A stretch of 56,706 nt of DNA from an uncultured Acholeplasmataceae bacterium (lineage in GTDB: Bacteria > Bacillota_I > Bacilli_A > Acholeplasmatales > Acholeplasmataceae), in the NCBI GenBank assembly GCA_963539745.1, contig CAUTNJ010000001.1:1-56706 (forward strand), given 5' to 3'. A model generated the notes under the pieces. That model was not told where the DNA came from. It saw only the letters and a list, made by a program, of their open reading frames with translations, and did not search any database. A program made the translations under genes and the position numbers. Below are positions 38,151 to 46,691 of this stretch, piece by piece (the stretch's first letter is position 1; every line of letters begins with the position of its first letter).

Positions 38151-39011
38151 TTACATCTCCGAGATTAAAGCAAATCTCACATTTTCGCGTTCATCTAAAT
38201 GAAACTCAACCTTAAAACCATTTGGTAAATTTGTTTCAATTAACTTTTTGTGAGTAGGTGAGATTTCTAAAATTAAGTGACCGCCTGGATTCATATATTT
38301 AGGAAAATCTAAAAGTATTTTTTTGATAACCGCAGACCCATTATTTTCGGCATACAAGGCGATTTTAGGTTCAAAATTTACATTTTTAGAAATGTATTCA
38401 CCATAAGTTAAATAGGGTGGATTTGCTGTAATTAAATCAAACTTGGTGTTGATTTTTTCAAATAAATCACTTTGAACAATCACTACATCCGTATGTAGTT
38501 TTTTTGAATTTTGCTTTGCGATTTTCAAGGCTTTTTTAGAGATATCTGAAAGCATAACACTGGCAGTTGGCACTTCTTTTTTTAAGGTAAGACCTATACA
38601 GCCACTGCCTGTACACATGTCTAAAGCAGAATTAAACGAAAGGGTTTTAGCCAAATCTATTAAAAGTTCTGTGGTGAACCGAGGTATTAAAACATTTTGA
38701 TTTACTATAAAGTCATACCCATAGAAGTTTTGAGTACCAATTAAATACTGAACGGGTAAGTTTTTTTCAAAAACTTGTTTTAAAATTCTGGTGAACTTAA
38801 GTTTTTGAAAATAAGTTAATTTTAAGTCTTGAACTAAATAAAGTTCAAACTTTGTCTTATTTAAAATTTGGCTAAGTGTTAGTTCAACAATATTTTCTTC
38901 AAGTTCATGCTTGCGAAACAATTCTTGATAATAACTAAGTAAAGTACTTACTTGTCTAGTCTTTATTTTCGGCAAGCGCACGACGTTCAAATTCCTGCAG
39001 CAAAGGATCAA
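38151..39011 (-). CDS. prmC: release-factor glutamine methyltransferase
   Basis: SAM motif DMCTGSGCIG and ANPPY. The start is uncertain: the track start is a TTG 56 nt inside prfA, and GTG/TTG codons about 20 nt before the prfA stop are alternatives. Confidence 0.85.
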   Translation of the reverse strand: MILCCRNLNVVRLPKIKTRQVSTLLSYYQELFRKHELEENIVELTLSQILNKTKFELYLVQDLKLTYFQKLKFTRILKQVFEKNLPVQYLIGTQNFYGYDFIVNQNVLIPRFTTELLIDLAKTLSFNSALDMCTGSGCIGLTLKKEVPTASVMLSDISKKALKIAKQNSKKLHTDVVIVQSDLFEKINTKFDLITANPPYLTYGEYISKNVNFEPKIALYAENNGSAVIKKILLDFPKYMNPGGHLILEISPTHKKLIETNLPNGFKVEFHLDERENVRFALISEM

Positions 39012-40005
39012 TTATTAAGGCTACATTGCCGTCAATAATTGAATCTAGTCTTTGCAAAGTTAGCCCTATTCTGTGGTCAGTTACTCGATTTTGTGGGTAG
39101 TTGTAAGTTCTGATTTTTTCAGAACGTTGACCGCGACCCACCAGTTCTCGTCTGAGTTCGCCTTCTTTGCCGGCTTTTTCTTGCATCATTTGGTCATATA
39201 ATCTAGATTTCAAAACAATGTAGGCAGAATCTTTGTTTTCATGCTGAGACTTGCCATCTTGGCAAGAAACTACTGTATTTGTTGGGATGTGAGTTAAACG
39301 AACTGCTGATTTTGTTGTGTTAACAGACTGACCGCCTGGACCACTTGAGCAAAAATAATCTACTCTGATTTCTTCCCAAGGTAAATTAAAGTCAATTTCT
39401 TCGGCTTCAGGAGTAACATAGACAGTAGAAGTAGAAGTGTGGACCCTACCCATACTTTCGGTTTTTGGAACTCGCTGAACCCTGTGGACTCCAGACTCAT
39501 ACTTAAGTACAGAAAAAGCGTTTTCGCCTTTAATCATAAACTCAATTGTAGAAAACCCACCTTGAGTGCCTGGACTTGAGTTTAAAACTTCAACTTTCCA
39601 GCCTTTGCTGTCGGCAAAACGCTGATACATGCGAAACAGGTCACCTGCGAAAATATTGGCCTCGTCTCCACCAGTTGCTCCTTTAATTTCAACAATGACG
39701 TTTTTATCGTCATCCGGATCTTTTGGAAGTAAAAGTACTTTTAGTTTTTCTTCAAGAGTTTTGATTTTTTCACTCAACTCAACTTTTTCTTCGTGAATTA
39801 GTTCAAGCATTGAAGGGTCTTCAATTTCAGTAAGTTCTTTTAACTGAGTATTTAAGTCTTTATAGGCCAAATAAGTTTCTACAATAGGTTTTAATTTTGA
39901 AAATTGCTTTGACAGTTTAGTCATAGTTTTAACGTCTTGAACTTCTCCAAGTTGACGTTCTAAATCTAGATAAACTGTGTAAGTTTCTTCTAATCTTTCA
40001 AACAT
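38956..40005 (-). CDS. prfA: peptide chain release factor 1
   Basis: 349 aa with RVQRVPKTESMGRVHTS (PxT tripeptide region) and SGPGGQSVNTT. Confidence 0.96.
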   Translation of the reverse strand: MFERLEETYTVYLDLERQLGEVQDVKTMTKLSKQFSKLKPIVETYLAYKDLNTQLKELTEIEDPSMLELIHEEKVELSEKIKTLEEKLKVLLLPKDPDDDKNVIVEIKGATGGDEANIFAGDLFRMYQRFADSKGWKVEVLNSSPGTQGGFSTIEFMIKGENAFSVLKYESGVHRVQRVPKTESMGRVHTSTSTVYVTPEAEEIDFNLPWEEIRVDYFCSSGPGGQSVNTTKSAVRLTHIPTNTVVSCQDGKSQHENKDSAYIVLKSRLYDQMMQEKAGKEGELRRELVGRGQRSEKIRTYNYPQNRVTDHRIGLTLQRLDSIIDGNVALIIDPLLQEFERRALAENKD

Positions 40006-40010
40006 AGTTT

Positions 40011-41483
40011 CTATTCTCTTTCTGTGTAGTCGTTGTTACTTTTATCTACACCAAACTCATTGAACTTAGAGTGATTTAAAATAAAGTCATAGTTGATAAA
40101 GATATTCGCCTCACCACGTCGGTTTTTAGCAATAGTCAACGAAACTTGTTTCACATTTCGGTTAATTTGATTTGCGTTGTCTGCAAAATAAGCAGGATCG
40201 CTTTCCTGCATAGTGGTAATAATTGCGTCTTGCAAAGCAGTCTCGGGTTCATGGATAAATAAAATAACGTCGGCGTCTTGTTCAATCGCACCAGACTCGC
40301 GAAGATCTGATAGCAGTGGTGTCTTAGACTCGCGGCGCTCAACTTGACGAGAAAGTTGAGATAAACATAGCACTGGAACTTGAAGTTCTCTGGCTAGTTG
40401 TTTTAAAGCGCGTGAGTTTTTAGCCACTTCGTTTTCACGACTCATAGACCTAGAAACATCGCCTTCCAAAAGTTGCAAGTAGTCAATTACGATAAAATCA
40501 AGTTTGTTTTTGCTTTTAAGTTGTCTACATTTTGCGCGAATGTCGTTGACGTTGTTGCTAATGGAGTCGTCAAAAATAATGTTTAGGTTTTTAACAATAG
40601 CCTGAGCCTGCTCGGTGGCTGTCCATTCATCTGAACCCATGTACCCCGTGCTTAAGCGATGGCTGTCAATCATTCCAACGTTAGCCATGATGCGCTGAGT
40701 TAATTGTAAGTTAGACATTTCTAGTGAAAAGAAGGCAACATGTTTGCCAGAATGTGCAACATTGACCGCTAAGTTAATTGCAAATGCAGTTTTACCAGCA
40801 CCAGGACGAGCAGCCAAAATTATTAACTCCTCGGCTCTAAGTCCACCAAGTACGTGGTCAAGGCGAGGGTATTCAGTTCTAAGTCCGTTAATACCTTCAC
40901 TGGAGTTGGCCAGCAGTTTAGCCTCTTGAACAACGAGGTCCGCAACTTCTCCAACTGTAGTAAACCCACCAACTGTGCGTTTCTTAGTAATTCCGAAAAG
41001 TTCGGCTTCTGCCCAGTCAAAAAGTTCTGAATACTTCTCTGAGTTTACCATAGCGCGCTCAGACATTTTTTTGCTTAGTTCAATAATTTCTCGTTTAAAG
41101 GCGTATCCTTTAATTGTGTTAATGTATGACTTAAAGTAAGAACTAGTTGCAACTAAATCAGAAAGTTCAAGAGTATATTGATTTTCGGCAATCGGTAGAC
41201 TGCCGCGGTAAAAAGTTTTCAGTTCATCCAAGACATCTGGCAGCGTAAAAACTTCTTTAGTTTGTCCGCACTTTAGCATAGCCTTGAAAACATTTTGATG
41301 CTTCTCTAGATAAAACATCTCAGGCGTCAAAAGATCTGCAACTTCTACTAAAATTTTGGGTTCCGCAAAAATAGCGGCAAGTAGTGAGCGTTCTGCTTCT
41401 TCGGAAAAAGGAATTGCTGGCAAGGCACTTCCTAAATTATTATTTGGTTTTCTGGTCTGCGTCATGATTTTGTGGGCGAACAT
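40011..41483 (-). CDS. dnaB: replicative DNA helicase (DnaB family; dnaC in B. subtilis nomenclature)
   Basis: Walker A ARPGAGKTAF, Walker B IVIDYLQL, and SQLSRQVE. The first ATG is at 41483 (the track starts at TTG 41486; ATG 41465 is also possible). It overlaps the rplI end. Confidence 0.94.
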   Translation of the reverse strand: MFAHKIMTQTRKPNNNLGSALPAIPFSEEAERSLLAAIFAEPKILVEVADLLTPEMFYLEKHQNVFKAMLKCGQTKEVFTLPDVLDELKTFYRGSLPIAENQYTLELSDLVATSSYFKSYINTIKGYAFKREIIELSKKMSERAMVNSEKYSELFDWAEAELFGITKKRTVGGFTTVGEVADLVVQEAKLLANSSEGINGLRTEYPRLDHVLGGLRAEELIILAARPGAGKTAFAINLAVNVAHSGKHVAFFSLEMSNLQLTQRIMANVGMIDSHRLSTGYMGSDEWTATEQAQAIVKNLNIIFDDSISNNVNDIRAKCRQLKSKNKLDFIVIDYLQLLEGDVSRSMSRENEVAKNSRALKQLARELQVPVLCLSQLSRQVERRESKTPLLSDLRESGAIEQDADVILFIHEPETALQDAIITTMQESDPAYFADNANQINRNVKQVSLTIAKNRRGEANIFINYDFILNHSKFNEFGVDKSNNDYTERE

Positions 41484-41907
41484 CAACGGTTAGTTTAGCA
41501 ATAAAGTCTTTATTAAAGCGAATTGTTGCCAAAAAGCGGCCAGTTGAGTTAATAGGATTTTCAAGTTCTACTTTTTTCTTATCTATAATAATTTCGTGTT
41601 GTTCGGCCAAAGCGTCGGCTATGTGTTTAGCGGTTACCGCGCCAAACATTTTACCGCCTTCGCCAGTTTTAACATTGACAACCACAGTTTTAGTTTCAAT
41701 GTTAGCCTTCAGTGCACTAAACATTTTAGCGGCTTCTTTTTCTTGTTCTGCTTTTTCTAAGAAAAACTGTTCGCGGGCTTTTAAATTCTCTTCGCTTGCA
41801 GGTTCTGCAATACCTTCGTTAAACAAATACTTAGCGTAGCCTGCTGTTACTTCAATTAAGTCGCGGGCTTTGTTTTTCTTAAAATCTTTTTTCAAAATAA
41901 CTTTCAT
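41440..41907 (-). CDS. rplI: ribosomal protein bL9 module with its own SD and ATG
   Basis: 155 aa, MKVILKKDFKKNKARDLIEVTAGYAKYLF..., with GGGAG 6 nt upstream of ATG 41907. It is in frame with, and not separated by a stop from, the upstream gdpP reading frame. Confidence 0.9.
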   Translation of the reverse strand: MKVILKKDFKKNKARDLIEVTAGYAKYLFNEGIAEPASEENLKAREQFFLEKAEQEKEAAKMFSALKANIETKTVVVNVKTGEGGKMFGAVTAKHIADALAEQHEIIIDKKKVELENPINSTGRFLATIRFNKDFIAKLTVDVRPQNHDADQKTK

Positions 41908-43914
41908 ATTTTCTCCCTTTTGGTTATATTCGGCGTCCACTATGTATCTCAGTTTAATAGCAACTTCATTGATGTTAGCATTTGCTACTTTTGCAGCCGC
42001 TGCCTGGAAGTGTCCACCACCGCCAATTTGCTCTAAAATCAACTGCACATTGATGTTTTGTTTAATAGACCTAGCAGAAACATAGACGTCTTCGCCAATT
42101 TTGGCAATTGCAAACGCAGCGTCAATGTTTTCAATTTTAACAGCAGCCTCGGCGATTTGGGCAAGCAATGTGCGGTCGCTAATTTGCTCGTATACTGAAA
42201 TAAAGCCAAAACGGTCTAAGAAAACTTGCAAGCCAGCCACAGCGTCGTTGATTAATTGAACAGATGCCAGTTGGTTTCTGAGCCAGTCTTTAACTAAAAT
42301 CATGTTTGCGCCTTTTTCTTTTAAGTAAGAACAAGCCGCAAAAGTATTGGCACTGGTTCTAAATGTAAAGGAATTAGTGTCAACCACTATTCCGGCTAAA
42401 ACTGCAGAGGCTTCAGTTTGAGTTAAACTTAACTTCAGACCAAAGAAAGGAATTAAGGAAATTATCATTTCGCAAACCGATGAAGTGTTTGGCTCAATAA
42501 ACTGAAATAAAGCCTTTTCAAAATTCCCCTGTACTTGTCGGTGATGGTCAATAGTTAAAACTCTTTCGGCTTTTTGATAAATAGCCGTTGAGATCAATCT
42601 TGCTTCAATTGATGTGTCTACGCAAATTAAAAGAGTTTCTTCAGAAATCAGCGGCAAGATTTGGTCTTCGCTTAAAAATGTACTTAAGAAACGTGGGTTT
42701 TCAGAAAGCAGAGATTTGGCAACTTTACGAGCAGTTTCGTCAAACTGAGTTTCACTGTAGTATAAGTAAACTCCGTCTTTTTTTGCTTCTTTGGCAATTA
42801 AATATAGCAGTAGCGCTGAGCCAAATGAATCGGTGTCGGTGTCAGTGTGCCCCATAATTACGACGTTTTTTGCGCGATTAATTTCGGCTTTAATAGTTTC
42901 TGCGTTGAAACGAGAAGAGACAGCGTTGTGTTTTTGCACAGAATCCACTTTTGCTCCAAAAAACTGCACATTTTCATTTTCAATATTGACAACCGCTTGA
43001 CCACCACCACGGTTTTGAGCAAGTTCCAAGGCTTCTTGGGCGATTTGCGCGTTTTTAAGTAAGTCTAGCGTAGCCCAGGCAGCCACACCCATGGAAAGTG
43101 AAACTAAAACATTGTTGTCCTTGGAAAGTTGATTAATTTGGTCAATTATTTCAAACTTGGTGCCAATCATTTTATCTAAGTTAAGGCGGTCTGTGACAAA
43201 CAAGAACTTTTCGTTGCCAAAACTTTTAAAGAAGCACGAAAACTTAGCGAACCATTCAGAGATTTGAATAAAAAATTTAGATCTAAGTGCAGACTGTTGT
43301 GCAATTTCTAGTTTAGTAAGTTGCTCGTCTAAGTTTTCAATTTCAATAAAACCGATAACTGTGGTTTTATTGAAATAAAGTTGACGCAAGTGCTCACGTT
43401 CAGAAACATCGTACATCAAAATAGAGTGCACCGATTCGTCGTAAATTACGTCAAAGTTGTGTTGGTTAATTTTAAATAAAAATGGCACTTGGTAAGTTTC
43501 AATTTGTTTAGCAAGTTCTTTTGAAAACTCACTCAGTTCGGTGTGTGCAGTTAACTCAGGAAAAATCTTTTTAGCGTATTCATTGACAAAAGTAACTTCG
43601 GTAAGTTCATTTAGAGCCAGCACACAAATTGGCAATTTGTTAAGCAGTTTATCTGAAATTTCGTTGATGTTAAAAGAAACTTCTGACCACATCTCAAGAC
43701 GTTTGTTTAACTTGGTTTCTTTGTTTTTTGTTTTAGTTTTAATCAAAAAAATTAAACTTAAGAAAAACAAAACTAAAGTTAAAAAAACTAATAAAAGAGC
43801 AGCAATTGAAAGTGCTTTTTTACTTTCAGTAAAGTGTGGTGGGAAGATAAAAAGTAAAACTAAAGAGGCCACAAGGGAGACTGTAGTTATTGCTAAAAAT
43901 AGGTATTTTTTCAT
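41440..43914 (-). CDS. gdpP: GdpP (YybT)-type c-di-AMP phosphodiesterase reading frame (669 codons) continuing without a stop into rplI (824 aa in total)
   Basis: AAGGAGG SD, two N-terminal TM helices, a PAS-like and degenerate GGDEF region, DHH motifs (VIMGHTDTDTDSFGSA, TIDHHR) and DHHA1 (GGGGHFQAAAA). The frame then reads ...RYIVDAEYNQKGEN-MKVILKK... with no stop codon. Confidence 0.85.
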   Translation of the reverse strand: MKKYLFLAITTVSLVASLVLLFIFPPHFTESKKALSIAALLLVFLTLVLFFLSLIFLIKTKTKNKETKLNKRLEMWSEVSFNINEISDKLLNKLPICVLALNELTEVTFVNEYAKKIFPELTAHTELSEFSKELAKQIETYQVPFLFKINQHNFDVIYDESVHSILMYDVSEREHLRQLYFNKTTVIGFIEIENLDEQLTKLEIAQQSALRSKFFIQISEWFAKFSCFFKSFGNEKFLFVTDRLNLDKMIGTKFEIIDQINQLSKDNNVLVSLSMGVAAWATLDLLKNAQIAQEALELAQNRGGGQAVVNIENENVQFFGAKVDSVQKHNAVSSRFNAETIKAEINRAKNVVIMGHTDTDTDSFGSALLLYLIAKEAKKDGVYLYYSETQFDETARKVAKSLLSENPRFLSTFLSEDQILPLISEETLLICVDTSIEARLISTAIYQKAERVLTIDHHRQVQGNFEKALFQFIEPNTSSVCEMIISLIPFFGLKLSLTQTEASAVLAGIVVDTNSFTFRTSANTFAACSYLKEKGANMILVKDWLRNQLASVQLINDAVAGLQVFLDRFGFISVYEQISDRTLLAQIAEAAVKIENIDAAFAIAKIGEDVYVSARSIKQNINVQLILEQIGGGGHFQAAAAKVANANINEVAIKLRYIVDAEYNQKGENMKVILKKDFKKNKARDLIEVTAGYAKYLFNEGIAEPASEENLKAREQFFLEKAEQEKEAAKMFSALKANIETKTVVVNVKTGEGGKMFGAVTAKHIADALAEQHEIIIDKKKVELENPINSTGRFLATIRFNKDFIAKLTVDVRPQNHDADQKTK

Positions 43915-43938
43915 TTAAACCTCCTTAATTTATATATA

Positions 43939-44568
43939 TTATAGCTTATTTAAACGGGTTTTTTGCGTGTTCAATGTATGTTTTTTGTCAACAGAGACTA
44001 AAAAAAACTGAGGGATTTCAAGGGATTTTTGTGCCACTGAAATACAACCTGCTTGCGGCTTTATAAGCCTATAGGATTTGACCATCGGAAACGAGATTTT
44101 TGTGTCAATTTCGTGAATCGGCAAAGTAAGCCCTTCCATTTTAAAATAAGCCTCGGCTGTCGTCCAAAGTTTAAAGAAGTATTCCGCTTGGTTAGACTGA
44201 GTTAAAAAAACTTGGCGGATGTTTTCAGAAAAGCCTCTAAGCAAAACCGAAAAATCTCGGTTTTTTAAAAACTCTAAATCTATGCCGATGGGTTTAGTAG
44301 AAACAGCAACCGCGATTAGTCCTGGTTTGTTTGAAATAGAGATATAAAACTTAGATAAAAAAAAGTAGTTATAAGGCATTTTATAGTAGTTGATTTGCTT
44401 AGTTGTTGTAAAAAAGTTTTCAGTTAAAACTTTATTTAAAAGTAAATGCTTTAACACTGAGTAAAGTTTTTTGTCCGGCAAATCTGTAAAATCTACGTCA
44501 GGATTTGCCTGAACCGCGGCCTTGGCATTAGTAGTTTGCGTGTAGGTAAGTAAATAGATTTTTTTCAT
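43939..44568 (-). CDS. 4'-phosphopantetheinyl transferase (Sfp-type)
   Basis: 209 aa with GIDLEF and WTTAEAYFKMEG (W..KEA..K) motifs. Confidence 0.75.
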   Translation of the reverse strand: MKKIYLLTYTQTTNAKAAVQANPDVDFTDLPDKKLYSVLKHLLLNKVLTENFFTTTKQINYYKMPYNYFFLSKFYISISNKPGLIAVAVSTKPIGIDLEFLKNRDFSVLLRGFSENIRQVFLTQSNQAEYFFKLWTTAEAYFKMEGLTLPIHEIDTKISFPMVKSYRLIKPQAGCISVAQKSLEIPQFFLVSVDKKHTLNTQKTRLNKL

Positions 44569-44596
44569 AACTCATTTTTTGTTGTTTTAAGTAAAA

Positions 44597-44623
44597 AAAG
44601 AACCAGGATAAAATCGGTTCTTT
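44597..44623 (-). terminator. Rho-independent terminator after rpsR
   Basis: AAAGAACC-11 nt-GGTTCTTT. On the minus strand it is followed by a T-run. Confidence 0.6.
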
Positions 44624-44644
44624 TTTAAAAAAATTATCAAATTC

Positions 44645-44872
44645 TTATTCTTTTACGAAAGGAAGTAGTGCCATGTGGCGAGCACGTTTGATGGCAATTG
44701 CAAGTTGACGTTGCCATTTAGCACAAGTTCCAGTCATTCTACGAGGTAAAATTTTACCGCGTTCAGAGATGAATTTTTTAAGTAGTTCAACGTCTGTGAA
44801 ATCAATTTTCTCAACTTTGTTTTGAGTAAAGTAACAAACTTTGCGTCTACGTTTAAATTGTCTTTTTTGCAT
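44645..44872 (-). CDS. rpsR: ribosomal protein bS18
   Basis: 75 aa with [43 protein letters not shown]. Confidence 0.96.
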   Translation of the reverse strand: MQKRQFKRRRKVCYFTQNKVEKIDFTDVELLKKFISERGKILPRRMTGTCAKWQRQLAIAIKRARHMALLPFVKE

Positions 44873-44909
44873 GTGTTAATTCTCCTAAAAATTTTTTTAA
44901 AAATCAAAC

Positions 44910-45377
44910 CTAAAGGTCTAAATCTGTGTTGTCTGATTTTGGTGCATCTGAGTTCAAAGGGTTGTCTGCCTGCATATCGCCAAAAGACTCAGTTTGGCCT
45001 GAATTTGATTGTGGTGAGTAAGTAGAGACAAACTCGCCGCGTTCTTGGCGTTCACGAATACGACGTTCTCTTTCTTCACGAGTTGAAAGCATGTCAACTG
45101 AGTCTACAATTATTTCAAAAGTTAAAAAAGACTCGCCGTTTTTTTCAACAAAACTACGTGAACGAACTTCGCCTTCTATAGCCACTAAATCGCCTCGGTG
45201 AGCGAAGTTAGCAATAAAGTCAGCAGGTGATTTAAAAGCCACACAGTGAAAGAAATCAGCCTGGTCTTTAGCGAAGCGAGAAACTGCTAGACTAAAGGTA
45301 GTGAAGGTTGAACCTTCTCTAGTTTTTCTGGAAACTGGGTCTTGAGCCAGGCGCCCTGTTACCGCGATTCTATTCAT
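44910..45377 (-). CDS. ssb: single-stranded DNA-binding protein
   Basis: OB fold (MNRIAVTGRLAQDPVSRKTREG...) and a disordered acidic tail ending SDNTDLDL. Confidence 0.93.
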   Translation of the reverse strand: MNRIAVTGRLAQDPVSRKTREGSTFTTFSLAVSRFAKDQADFFHCVAFKSPADFIANFAHRGDLVAIEGEVRSRSFVEKNGESFLTFEIIVDSVDMLSTREERERRIRERQERGEFVSTYSPQSNSGQTESFGDMQADNPLNSDAPKSDNTDLDL

Positions 45378-45667
45378 TATTCTTCTTCCTTAACGGTGAT
45401 ATCGCGAATAATGTTTTCATTGATTCTAATCAAACGGTTAAACTCTTTGATGCCTTCTGGTGTAGTAGACACTTTAAGTTGAACATAGTAGCCTGATTTA
45501 AAACCTTGAATTTCATATTGAAGTTCTTTAATACCAAGTTCTTTTAACTCAAGTAATTCAGAATTATATTGAGTAAAAACAGCATTTAAAGAATTAATAA
45601 CTTCCTTGATTTTATCGCTATCAAGGGTAGGTTTAATAATATACATCGCAAAATATGTACTGTTCAT
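45377..45667 (-). CDS. rpsF: ribosomal protein bS6
   Basis: 96 aa with AAGGAGGA SD. The TAA shares a base with the ssb ATG. Confidence 0.93.
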   Translation of the reverse strand: MNSTYFAMYIIKPTLDSDKIKEVINSLNAVFTQYNSELLELKELGIKELQYEIQGFKSGYYVQLKVSTTPEGIKEFNRLIRINENIIRDITVKEEE

Positions 45668-45742
45668 ATATTCCTCCTTATGGTTTAAACAGCCGACTAT
45701 TTAGGTCGGCAAGGTGTTTTGCAACAAAAAAAATTATACCAC
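45668..45742 (-). promoter_or_regulatory. rpsF promoter (extended -10) and structured 5' leader
   Basis: Minus strand: TGgTATAAT at 45742-45733. The leader contains the hairpin GCCGAC-ctaaata-GTCGGC (45710-45692), 12 nt before the SD. Confidence 0.45.
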
Positions 45743-45970
45743 ATTAGTGGGTTCTAGATGGAAAATAAATGTAGTGTTTATAGTTTAGTTTTTAAAAAAT
45801 TATCAGGGTTTTTTAGCCATATAATTTTTGCAGTTTAAAAGTATATTTATTGACTAAAAATCCTGTAATTGGGCTAAAATTACCGTACTTTGAGCCTATT
45901 TTAATAATTAAATTAGATAAACAAATGCCACGAAAATTAGTTAAAGTCTTTCTTGGACTTAATTTGTCTT

Positions 45971-46507
45971 TTAGTTTTTAGTGCTTTTTGTTGTTTTTAC
46001 TTTCTGAATAACTTGCTCAATAATCTCTTTTGGCAAAAAAGCGTCCATCTTTGCGTTGTTTTTAATCAATTCCTTGATGTTTTTGGAAGAGATAAACAAA
46101 AACTTGTGATCTGCAATTAGATAAATTGTTTCAATGCTTCTATCTAATGTCTGGTTGAAATTATATAGATTTTGTTCATATTGCAAATCAGCAATGTTTC
46201 TAATGCCACGAGCAAGCAAGGAAATACTTTCGTTTCTAGCAAACTCAACGGTCAAGCCATTAGTTGTTTTAACTTCTACATTTGACAAGTTTTTGCAAAC
46301 CAGTTTTACCATTTCAAGACGTTCGCTTTGCGTAAATAAGTATTGTTTTTCTGCGTTATTAGAAACTAAAACTACGACTTTTTCAAACTGTTTTGTTAGT
46401 CTTTTAATGATTTCTAGATGTCCCAAAGTTATTGGATCAAAGGAACCAGGCATGCAAACTGAAAATGGTTTTGTGATTTTATCTTTTGCTTTTTTTAATT
46501 CAGACAT
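45971..46507 (-). CDS. coaD: phosphopantetheine adenylyltransferase
   Basis: MSELKK...VCMPGSFDPITLGHLEII with an AGAGG SD. The longer track ORF runs into tRNA-Trp, so I trimmed it. Confidence 0.92.
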   Translation of the reverse strand: MSELKKAKDKITKPFSVCMPGSFDPITLGHLEIIKRLTKQFEKVVVLVSNNAEKQYLFTQSERLEMVKLVCKNLSNVEVKTTNGLTVEFARNESISLLARGIRNIADLQYEQNLYNFNQTLDRSIETIYLIADHKFLFISSKNIKELIKNNAKMDAFLPKEIIEQVIQKVKTTKSTKN

Positions 46508-46567
46508 TAAAACCTCTTTGTAAATTAAAAAAAAAGGGGGGCCCTTTTTTAAAAAATATTTATTTAA

Positions 46568-46642
46568 TGGCAGGGGTAGTAGGATTCGAACCCACACCAA
46601 GGGTTTTGGAGACCCGCATGCTACCGTTGACACCATACCCCT
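46568..46642 (-). tRNA. tRNA-Trp (anticodon CCA)
   Basis: Manual fold of AGGGGTA...CGGGT-CUCCAAA-ACCCT...GTGGG-TTCGAAT-CCTAC-TACCCCT-G-CCA. 75 nt. Confidence 0.9.
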
Positions 46643-46691
46643 ATAAGTATTTCCAGGCTGAACCTGGAAATATTAAAATTATGATTGATAC

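Noticed and set aside
38956-39011. 56-nt overlap of prmC with prfA as a real feature
   Set aside because: The track start is merely the most upstream TTG. GTG and TTG codons closer to the prfA stop give a more ordinary overlap of about 20 nt. The start cannot be fixed from sequence alone.
45971-46636. 221-aa version of the coaD ORF with an N-terminal extension (MVSTVACGSPKPLVWV...)
   Set aside because: The extension is the reverse-strand reading of the tRNA-Trp gene (46568-46642). The conserved CoaD sequence starts at the ATG at 46507, which has its own SD.
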